From Acetobacteraceae bacterium (GTDB taxonomy: Bacteria; Pseudomonadota; Alphaproteobacteria; Acetobacterales; Acetobacteraceae): a DNA stretch of 47,794 bases. The notes below the pieces were generated by a model. The model saw only the letters and a program-made list of their open reading frames with translations. It did not search any database and was not told where the DNA came from. Below are positions 1 through 8,300 of this stretch, piece after piece (within the stretch, counting starts at the first letter, position 1; each line of letters starts with the position of its first letter). A program made the translations under genes and the position numbers. The stretch spans positions 1 through 47,794 of the forward strand of contig DAIDIQ010000025.1 of the NCBI GenBank assembly GCA_027459285.1. The letters are read 5' to 3'.

Positions 1-1084
1 CGCGGGTGTGAAAACGCCGCATCAAGGGCTGCTCGAAAAGATGCCAGGACATGGCGGCGAGCAACAGGGTGAGCAGCAGCACCCATGGCAGGGCCATCGG
101 GGCGGTCAGCCAAGTGACGCGCTTGAGCGATAGGATGACCAGCAAATGCCAGAGATAGATGCCATAGGAGATGGTACCGAGATAGCGTAACGGCAGCGTG
201 AGGCGAACCGTGGCACGGGATTGCAGCAGGCAGGCGCTGAACACGACCAGCATGCCACACAAGGCGAGCAGGGATTTGAACGCGACCACCATCCAGAATT
301 CGTTCCAATAGCTGGAATTGTTCCAATAGATTCGCATGGCCAGCGTTATGGCGGCGGCGGCGAGGACCGGCACGACCCATGCGTGGGATGCCAGCCGTGA
401 CCGGAGGGGCTGGTTTTTTCTATCGACGATGAATTTTGCCAGAATGATGCCGGCCGCGAATTCATCTGCCATGCCTGGCAACTGCGCGGTATAGACAAAG
501 AGTGGAAAAATGCCCCAATGCGACTTCGTACTGACCAGCATGAACATCGCGGCACGCCAGGACCAGGCGATAACCACCGCGCCGACGGCGATGACCAGGC
601 TATTTGCCCGCCAAAGCCATGGCGCGATCAGTAGCATCAGGAGGTAAAACTGCATTTCGACCGAGACCGACCAGTTGACCCCATCGATCAAGCCCTGATG
701 CGCGAGAATCCAACTGTGCAGGAAGACCAGATGCGTCAGGATCGGCCACCAGATGCCGGGCACGAACAGCAGTTGAGGCTGAATGAACAGCAGGAAGAAC
801 AGACCGGTCAGGTAAAAAAGCGGGACGATGCGGGCAAGCCGGGCGCGGGCAAAGGAGCGGACGAAAATCGGGTAAGGGGATTTCTCCAGCCGGCTGAACG
901 CCGAAAGCGTGATGACAAACCCTGAAATGACAAAGAACAGATCGACGCCCATCCCGCCGATGCGAAACCAGAGCAGCGGACCGGAGCGCGGGAAGCTCAC
1001 CCAATGGTAATGGGCGATCACGTGATAGACGACGACGGAGAGCGCCGCAAAGGCGCGCAGCACATCGATCAGCGGAAAGGTCAT
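1..1084 (-). CDS. Acyltransferase family 3 (OafA/YrhL-like) integral membrane protein; C-terminus runs off the window
   Basis: Absent from the ORF track only because no stop lies in the window. Manual reverse-complement translation from ATG 1084 gives MTFPLIDVLRAFAALSVVVYHVIAHYHW...GMGVDLFFVISGFVITLS...NWSVSVEMQFYLLM...LGTISYGIYLWHLLV...WHLFEQPLMRRF. These are the conserved acyltransferase_3 motifs in order, with an open frame down to position 2. Confidence 0.9.
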   Translation of the reverse strand, partial: MTFPLIDVLRAFAALSVVVYHVIAHYHWVSFPRSGPLLWFRIGGMGVDLFFVISGFVITLSAFSRLEKSPYPIFVRSFARARLARIVPLFYLTGLFFLLFIQPQLLFVPGIWWPILTHLVFLHSWILAHQGLIDGVNWSVSVEMQFYLLMLLIAPWLWRANSLVIAVGAVVIAWSWRAAMFMLVSTKSHWGIFPLFVYTAQLPGMADEFAAGIILAKFIVDRKNQPLRSRLASHAWVVPVLAAAAITLAMRIYWNNSSYWNEFWMVVAFKSLLALCGMLVVFSACLLQSRATVRLTLPLRYLGTISYGIYLWHLLVILSLKRVTWLTAPMALPWVLLLTLLLAAMSWHLFEQPLMRRFHTR

Positions 1085-1498
1085 GGATTGGGTGGCCGCA
1101 CCCCCCTGATCGGCCGGGAGGGGCGGCGCGGTGATGGCCGCGCGGTGGCGCTTTGCCATGGCGGAAGCCGGTTCGCCTGTGCTTCGATCCACCCGAACCT
1201 GCCGATTTGCTGTCTGGGATGTTGCCGCCGCCGATCGGCAGCGCCAGGAAACATGACACAGCATTGTTTGTGTCACAACACCCCGGCGATTGATGATTCG
1301 GCTGCGGAGGAAGCAAAAGGCATGAAGACCCGGGCATTCTTGAAAAAACGCCTCTATAACCCTCGCCGCGGAATCCATTTCCCCGGTCGCGCCAAGACGT
1401 CAGAGACCGTTTGATAAGTCTGCGCCGGCCGTCGCCCAACGGGCCGGAGGTGAGACGGTACTGGCGCGACTATTTTTTGAAAAAGTCGCTGTCTGCCT

Positions 1499-2479
1499 TC
1501 AATTCTTGCTTGCGCTGCGTGTCGCCTCGATTTCCACGAGCAGGTCCTTGCGGCAGATCTCGCCGACCAGGTGCAGGTGCCGCGTGGCTCGTGGCAGAAA
1601 CCCGCGCAGCGCCGCATCGAGCGCCGCGGCATGGCGCGGGTCACGCAGATAGGTTTTGACCGCCCAGACGCCGCCGGGCGCGGCGTCGCGTTCCGTCAGA
1701 TCCATCATCAGGGCGAGATTATGCATCGTTTCCCGCAACTGAGACGGAAAATCTCCGATATGCCGCGATTCGTGCCCGACGATGCTGGCCGTGCCGGAGA
1801 TGAACAGGGTATCGGTGCCGCCATGATGATGCCGGCTGGCGCGCGAGAAACCCGGGCTGACCGGGCCGTGGCACGGCGGATAGGCGAAAGCGCTGACCTG
1901 ACGGGGATTTTCCAGTGGCACCGCCGCTTCCCGGGCGGCGAGGCAATAGATGACACTGCGCGCGCCGCGACAGCCGATGCAGGTTGCGACCGGCGGTGGA
2001 TCCTGCGTCAGGAATTCCTGAAAGGCCTGCTTGCGGCCGATATTGAACCGCCAATAGCGTTCGACCCCGTCCTGATCGTCCGTGATGCGATAGAGGTAAT
2101 TCCAGAACCGGATGGGTTGATAGCCGCCGGCGCGGTCGAGAAACATGAATAGCTGCCGATAGGCGCGGGCGATGCTGTGGTCGAGGGAAATTGTGGGGTC
2201 CTCGTTGACCTCGATCGCGCCGAAGGCGTAGCCGCCGCCGACCGCGCCCGCGACCTGGTCATGCCGCAGCGGCTCGACACTCTGGTCGATGTGCCAGATT
2301 TCCACCCCGCTGCCGCCGGATGCGAGATCGACCGACACATGGAGCGGGCATGCCGACATGCCGGACGGCGCCTCGCCAAACATGACGACGCCCAGCGGCC
2401 GGTGCCGGGCAATGCGTGCCATGGCCGCCGGCGGATCATTGGCATAGGCAAGCCGCAATGCTGGCTGGTCGTTCCGCAA
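1499..2479 (-). CDS. Chorismatase, FkbO/Hyg5/XanB2 family (chorismate to hydroxybenzoate-type transformation enzyme)
   Basis: 326 aa. The C-terminal YjgF/RidA-like module has LFISGTASIVGHESRHIGD and VKTYLRDPRH, which I recognise as FkbO/Hyg5 family signatures. The longest ORF starts at TTG 2479; an alternative ATG lies at 2422, so the start is uncertain. Confidence 0.65.
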   Translation of the reverse strand: MRNDQPALRLAYANDPPAAMARIARHRPLGVVMFGEAPSGMSACPLHVSVDLASGGSGVEIWHIDQSVEPLRHDQVAGAVGGGYAFGAIEVNEDPTISLDHSIARAYRQLFMFLDRAGGYQPIRFWNYLYRITDDQDGVERYWRFNIGRKQAFQEFLTQDPPPVATCIGCRGARSVIYCLAAREAAVPLENPRQVSAFAYPPCHGPVSPGFSRASRHHHGGTDTLFISGTASIVGHESRHIGDFPSQLRETMHNLALMMDLTERDAAPGGVWAVKTYLRDPRHAAALDAALRGFLPRATRHLHLVGEICRKDLLVEIEATRSASKN

Positions 2480-2669
2480 CGTCAGGCGCCTCCGCGGGGC
2501 TGAGCCGGTGTCGGGCAGGTATTTTGGCGAGACCGACCGGATCCGGTCGGATCCGGTCGCGTTGATGGGCGCGCGGAGACTGAAGCCTCGCCGCTGTCAT
2601 GGCAACACGCCGCGGTGAGGACCACGGGCGATGCGCGGGCGTGGGTGGCGCCGGCCCGGCGCCGCCAGA

Positions 2670-2700
2670 TTGACAAGCTCGATTTTGGAGCCGATTTGGA
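2670..2700 (+). promoter_or_regulatory. Candidate vapBC promoter/operator: TTGACA hexamer plus near-direct repeats CGATTTTGGA / CGATTTGGA
   Basis: TTGACA at 2670-2675. Repeats at 2680-2689 and 2692-2700 end 3 nt before the vapB ATG (2704). RHH antitoxins usually autoregulate through repeats overlapping their own promoter. Confidence 0.35.
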
Positions 2701-2703
2701 ACC

Positions 2704-2949
2704 ATGCCCGTGAACCTCTCCATCAAGAACGCGCCTGACGAGGTCGTCCACCGGCTGCGACAGCGCGCCGAGCGGCATCATCGTTCGCTGCAAGGAGAGT
2801 TGCTGGCCATCATCGAGGCGGCCGCGCGGGAGGATCGGTCCGCGACACCCGCCGATATCCTGGCCGAGGTGCGCCGCCTTGGCGTCCACACCCCCAGCGA
2901 AGCTGCCGCCCTGGTCCGTGCCGATCGCGATGCCCGTCACGGTGGTTGA
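2704..2949 (+). CDS. vapB: Ribbon-helix-helix antitoxin (FitA/VapB-like)
   Basis: 81 aa. The N-terminus MPVNLSIKNAPDEVVHRLRQRAERHHRSLQGELLAII is a typical Arc/FitA RHH strand-helix-helix. It lies immediately upstream of, and overlaps, a PIN gene. Confidence 0.8.
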   Translation: MPVNLSIKNAPDEVVHRLRQRAERHHRSLQGELLAIIEAAAREDRSATPADILAEVRRLGVHTPSEAAALVRADRDARHGG

Positions 2950-3310
2950 CGCCTCCGCCATCGCCGCCCTGCTGTTCGGCGAGCCGGAGGCCGATGCCAT
3001 AGCCGCGCAGCTCGCCGACGCTCGCCTCGTGGCGCCTGGGCTGCTGCCCTTCGAGCTGGCCAACGTCTGCCTCATCAAGAGCCGCCGCCATCCGGAGCAG
3101 CGGGCCGCCCTGATGGCAGCGTTCCAACTGTATGACCAGTTCAGCGTCGAGGAGGTCGCCGTCGATCATCATGAGACCCTCGCACTCGCCGGCGCCACCG
3201 GCCTGACCGCCTACGATGCGAGCTACCTGTGGTTGGCGCGACAACTGGGCGCCAGCCTCGTGACGCTCGACAAACACCTCGCCAAAGCCGAAGCGGTATC
3301 GCCAGAATAA
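2930..3310 (+). CDS. vapC: PIN-domain ribonuclease toxin VapC
   Basis: Internal ATG 2930 gives MPVTVVDASAIAALLFGEPEA...LTAYDASYLWLARQLGASLVTLDKHL, with the PIN acidic residues (D near the N-terminus, E, D...D). It overlaps the vapB stop by 20 nt. The track ORF from 2879 is an upstream extension. Confidence 0.85.
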   Translation: MPVTVVDASAIAALLFGEPEADAIAAQLADARLVAPGLLPFELANVCLIKSRRHPEQRAALMAAFQLYDQFSVEEVAVDHHETLALAGATGLTAYDASYLWLARQLGASLVTLDKHLAKAEAVSPE

Positions 3311-3369
3311 CGGGGGCGAACCCGGACATGGGCGTGAAAACCGGCCGCGGGCCAGGCGAGTCGCTTCAT

Positions 3370-5355
3370 TCAGTCGCCGCGTGTCACGCGGATTGCCGCG
3401 TGCACGGCGCGGCCCGCGGCATCGAGTATGGTGAGGTGATAGAAGCCCGGGCCCGGCGGGCGCCATTCGGTCTGTCGCAAGGCGGGAACGGAGGCGAGGG
3501 GCGCGCCGTCCACCAGGAAACGTAGCGGTCGCTCGCCGCCCATCGCCTTGAGTTCGAGCGGACCGAGCCCGACGATGGTCGCGCGTGGCGGCGGAAACAG
3601 CAGCCGCAGCGGGTCAGCCGCTGGTGCCGCGGCAAGCGAGAGCATGGGGGCGCGTTGCACGGGCCGCCGCGGCGCCGCGGGCAGCAGGCTGAAAATCCGC
3701 GCCAGGATCGGCAATGCCCGGTCGGCGGCCTGCCCGCCATCCATGGGCGTTCCGTCCGGCCGCCCGACCCAGACACCCACGACCCGCGCGCGATCGAAGC
3801 CGAAGGCCCAGTTGTCGCGGTTCGATGCGCTCGTGCCGGTCTTCCAGGCGATGACGTCCAGCGTCGCGGCACCGGGGAACGGTCGTGTCAGAGTATCGCC
3901 GACCATGCGCGCGGCCTCGGGTGACAGCAGCCGGGCAGGCGGGCCCGGCATGTCGCCGGCGATGCGGAGCGGGCCGACGCGCCCGTCGGTCGCCAGGGCA
4001 CAATAAAGCGTCATCAGCGCGCGCATCGAGATGCCGTCGCCGCCGAGGATGATCGGCAGGCTCGGCATGCTGTCGCGCGGCAGGCGCAGCGGCGCGCCCG
4101 CGGCGGCGAGGTCGGCGGCGAAGCGCAGCGCGCCGTAGCGCGCGAGCAGTGCCACCGCCGGCAGGTTCAGCGAGCGCCGCAGCGCCTCGGCCGCCGTGAC
4201 CCGGCCGGCGAAACGCCCGGTAAAATCCTCCGGCGCATAATTGCCGAAGCGGCGCGGCGCATCGGCCAGCAGGGTGTCGGGCGCGGCAAGCCCGTTGGCG
4301 AAGGCGAGACCGTAGAGGAATGGTTTGAGCGTGGAGCCCGGGCTGCGCGGCGCGCGGCTGAGATCGCTTCGTCCGGCCCGGGCGATGTCGTTCCAGTCGC
4401 CCAGCCACACTGCCCGCACCGCGTGGCCGCGGGGGTCCGCCACCATGATGACCAGCGCGGTGCGCGGCGGCAGCGTGCGCAGGGCGACATGCGCGGCATC
4501 CGTGACCGCGGCCTGCAGGCCGGGCGCGATATGGGTTTGCAGAGACGGCGGGTGCCGCACCCGGGCGAAGAGCTGCGGCAGCGCCCGCGGCATGGCGTGC
4601 CGCCGCGAGGGCACGGGTTCAGCCTCCGCCCGCGCCGCCTCGGCCGGTGAGAGCAGGCCACGCCGCGCGGCGAGGGCAAGAAGGCGGTTGCGCAAACGCC
4701 GCGCCGCAAGCGGATGCCGGTCGGGCCGCAACGCCTCCGGTCGGCGCGGCAGCGCGACGAGCAGCGCCGCCTCAGCCGGGTTCAGCGCGCCGGGGCTTTT
4801 GCCGAACCAGGCATGGGAGGCCGCTTCCACCCCGACGAGATTGCCGCCGAACGGCGCGGCGGATAGCCACAAGCCGAGAATGCGCCCCGGCGTCTGCCGT
4901 CGCCAGAGATCGAGCGCGCGTGCCGTCTCGAGGAGTTTCGCGGTCAGTGTGCGCGGGCGGGGATCGAGCAGCTTGGCGACCTGCATGGTCAGCGTCGATC
5001 CGCCGGACACGACGTGCCCCGCGCGGACCCATTGCCACGCGGCGCGCAGGATGGCGAACGGGTCGACACCGGGTTCCCGATGAAAATTCCTGTCCTCGAC
5101 AGAGATCAGCAGCCGGATGAGGAAGGGCGAGACATCGCGGGGGGCGACGTTGAAGCGCCAGACCCCGCCCGCGGCAGGGGCCAGCGCAAGCAGCGAGCCA
5201 TCTTGGGCCAGAACGCGCGTGCCCCAGGCCGTTGCCGGCGGCATGGGCGCCGGGTCGAACCGGCCGAGCGCGAACAATCCCCCCGCGAAAGCGAGCATGG
5301 ACAAAGAGAGACCGCCCGCGCCGCCGAGCAGCCAGCGCCGCGCCCGCCGGTTCAT
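3370..5355 (-). CDS. pbpC: Penicillin-binding protein 1C (bifunctional glycosyltransferase/transpeptidase)
   Basis: 661 aa. It has an N-terminal membrane anchor, GT51 motifs (VEDRNFHREPGVDP, GGSTLTMQVAKLL) and a transpeptidase SxxK (GSTLKPFLY). Its ATG 5355 overlaps the stop of the upstream alpha-2-macroglobulin gene (ATGA). Confidence 0.9.
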   Translation of the reverse strand: MNRRARRWLLGGAGGLSLSMLAFAGGLFALGRFDPAPMPPATAWGTRVLAQDGSLLALAPAAGGVWRFNVAPRDVSPFLIRLLISVEDRNFHREPGVDPFAILRAAWQWVRAGHVVSGGSTLTMQVAKLLDPRPRTLTAKLLETARALDLWRRQTPGRILGLWLSAAPFGGNLVGVEAASHAWFGKSPGALNPAEAALLVALPRRPEALRPDRHPLAARRLRNRLLALAARRGLLSPAEAARAEAEPVPSRRHAMPRALPQLFARVRHPPSLQTHIAPGLQAAVTDAAHVALRTLPPRTALVIMVADPRGHAVRAVWLGDWNDIARAGRSDLSRAPRSPGSTLKPFLYGLAFANGLAAPDTLLADAPRRFGNYAPEDFTGRFAGRVTAAEALRRSLNLPAVALLARYGALRFAADLAAAGAPLRLPRDSMPSLPIILGGDGISMRALMTLYCALATDGRVGPLRIAGDMPGPPARLLSPEAARMVGDTLTRPFPGAATLDVIAWKTGTSASNRDNWAFGFDRARVVGVWVGRPDGTPMDGGQAADRALPILARIFSLLPAAPRRPVQRAPMLSLAAAPAADPLRLLFPPPRATIVGLGPLELKAMGGERPLRFLVDGAPLASVPALRQTEWRPPGPGFYHLTILDAAGRAVHAAIRVTRGD

Positions 5356-8300
5356 GGCGCCGCGGGGCTGACCGCGACGCGCATCGTGCCCTGCCGCGCG
5401 AAAATCGCCGGCCTGTACATGTCGGACAGCGTCATGCCGGGATAGTCGAAGCTGCCGGGGGTGACCGCGCGCAGCATGACGGCGAGGCGGAAGGCCGGCT
5501 GGCTTGGCGTAAGATCGACCACGGCCGCGTAGCGATCATCGGCTGCCGCCTGGATTTCAGTGGCGGCGAGCGTGCCGAGCCAGCCCATGCCGGTGACCTT
5601 GCCGGCCGGGAAACGCCCGGCGATCTCCCAGCCCGCGGGCAGTCCGGCCAGCAGGAGGGCGCGATGCGGCTCGCCATCGGTTGCCTTGCCGTCGATCACC
5701 ATGACGAAGACGGTGTTCTGGGTCAGTGTGTCCGGGGCGAGCGGCGAGCCATCCAGCGCATGGAAATGACGCTGGATCCCCATGCCGGCCTGGGCGGCGG
5801 CCGGCGCGGTTTGCGGCACGCCTTGCACCACAATGCTGCCCGGCAGGGCGGTTGCGCCGGGGTTGGCCAATGCGATCGGTCCGGTGAGCGGCAGGCTGAT
5901 ACTGGACGCGGGGCCCAGCGTCCTGCCGGCTTCGCGGATCGAAACGGGCCCGGTGTCGGCCGTCATCGCGCCCGCGGCTGCCGCCGCCCATGCCTGTTCC
6001 TGGGTGCTCAGCCTGTCGGGGTTGAGCTCGGCCCCCGGCAGGGCGCGGCGAATGGCGGCGAGGCGGTCCGGCATCACGCCGCTTTCGGCGATCAGCACGG
6101 CAACCGCGAACTGATCGCGCAGGGCGGAGCCGTAATCGGCGGCCCAATCCTGCCGCCCGGGATTGGCCAGCAACGCGGCGAAGATGGCTTTTGCCCGCGC
6201 CGCCTGGCCGAGCCGCGCGAGGGCGGCCGCGATCTGCGCGCGGGCCAGCGGCGTCGGTTCGTTGTCGATCATGGTGGCGGCGACGCGGATCGCGCCCGCT
6301 TGGGCCTTGCCCGCCAGCGCGAGATCATAGAGCGCATAGGCCTGCGCGGCGTAATCGGCCGGGCTGAAGGGTGGCGTCGCGACCTCGGCGGCGAGCCAGC
6401 CGAGGGCCTGGTTCAGCATGGGTTGTGGCACCGCCGCGCCGATCCGCGCCGCGCGCAGCAGCAACTCGGTCGCATAGGCGGTCAACCAGGGCTCAGCATC
6501 ACCGTTGGCCGACCACAGGCCGAAGGCACCATCATAGCGCTGCCGATCGGCCAGCCCCTCGATGACGGTCTGCAGGTGCCCGGCCGGGTCGGGGCCGGCG
6601 GCGGCGCCGCGCAGGAACGTCAGCGGCAGTCCGCGGCTCGTGAGTTGCTCCAGGCAATCGAGCGGATATGCCTCGAGCGCGTGGACCAGGGCGGCCGGAT
6701 CGTAATGCAGCCCCAGCCCGAAACTCACGCCTGCCGTCCAGGTGCCGGGGATGAAACCGGTCGCGGCGGGACCGAGGGTGAGGCTGCCGCCCGCCGGCAA
6801 TGTGACGGGCGTGACCTGGGCCACGGGGGCGCGCGCCGGATGGACGCTGATGGTCGATTGGCGCGACAGGTGGAAGCCGTCGGGCCCATCCGCGGTCAGC
6901 GTCAGCGTGCCGGTTCCGGCCGCGCGGGCGGTCAGCGACACCGGCACCAGCACGCGCTGCCCGGCCTTCAGCGTCAGTGGCGCCGGTTCCTTGCCCGCGA
7001 CGGCGATGGCGCCGGCCGCGGCGAGGCGCAGCGTGAAGGATCCGGCGGGCAATTCCAGGTTCTGGACCATGACGGCGATCCGCGCCTGATCGCCGGGAGC
7101 GAGGAAGCGCGGCAGCAGCGGCTCGACGATCGCCTTGTCGCGCATCACCATGTCCTGGCCGACGCTGCCGGTTTTGCGGTCCGACCAGGCGACCGCCATC
7201 AGGCGCAACGTGCCGTCAAAATCCGGCAGGTCGAGGGGCAGCCTGGCGATGCCATCGGGCCCGGACCGCACGGGCCCGGCGAAGAGGGAGACGATCGTCT
7301 GGGGGATGGGTGCGCTCGGGGCCGCGATGTCGGCCCCGGCACCCTGGTGCAGGATGGTGTTGGCATCGCCCGCCGGCGGCAGCAGCCGCGCGAAATCGTC
7401 GCGGATTCCGACGCCGAGGCGGCGCTTGCCGAAGAAATGGCGCAAGGGATCGGGCGTCTTGAAATCGGTGAGGGCGAGAATTCCCTCATCCACGGCGGCG
7501 AGCGTGACATAGGCGCCCGGCGCCGTGTGCACCGGGATCACGACATGCGTGCGCGGCCGGTAGAGCGGTTTCGCGTCGAGCGTCATCGCCAGGGTGCGCG
7601 GCGCGGGATCGAGCGCGACCCAGGCCAGGCCAATCGCCCGCGCCGGCGGCACTTCCGGCTTGCCGGCCTTGGCCGGCTGATCCGGGCGGAACACATGCAC
7701 GCCGATATAGGCACCCGGGCCCCAGCCGGCGGCGACCGGTATCGTCACGTCGAAATCGGGCGATGCCGGTACCAGGTTGAAAACGCGCTGCACGCGATCG
7801 GTCATCACCAGCACTGTCGCGGGCCCCGCATAGGGGGCTTCCACGTGGATCGTCGCGGTGTCGCCCGGCGCATAGCGGGGCTTGTCGGCACGCACCGACA
7901 CACGCGCCGGCACATCCGGATTTTCCCCCGCGGCCCAGCCGGCATGGAACACCACCGAGGTCGCGGCGAGCCCGCCATTTGCTTGCAGCACCGTCAATCG
8001 ATAGCGACCGAACGGCAGCGTGCGCGCATAGGAGACTGCCCGGCCGGAAGCCGGCAGCGTGATCGTTCGGCTGTCCACCGGCTGGTTGCGCCAGACGGTC
8101 TCGTAGCGGGCCTGACCGTTGCTGACGGCGAGCCGCCAATCAGGCGTCTGCCGAACGAGGCGGAGCAGGACGGGCATGGCAATCCGCTTGCCGTCCGGGG
8201 CCACGGCGATGAGGCGAAACCGCGCCTTGGTGTTGGCGTTGACGGCGTTGCCCGCGAAATCCTCGGCGATGCCGATCATCGCCGCGCTGGGGCGGATTGG

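Noticed and set aside
600-1439. 279-aa minus-strand ORF, plus 698-925 and 1004-1414 plus-strand ORFs
   Set aside because: They overlap the acyltransferase_3 gene in other frames or strands. They are Arg/Pro/Gly-rich nonsense. The true frame (ATG 1084) carries all the family motifs.
1466-1489. Hairpin GCGAC-TATTTTTTGAAAAA-GTCGC just after the chorismatase stop, considered as a terminator
   Set aside because: It has only 5 GC pairs plus A/T pairs with a bulge, and no trailing U-tract on the minus strand. That is too weak to call.
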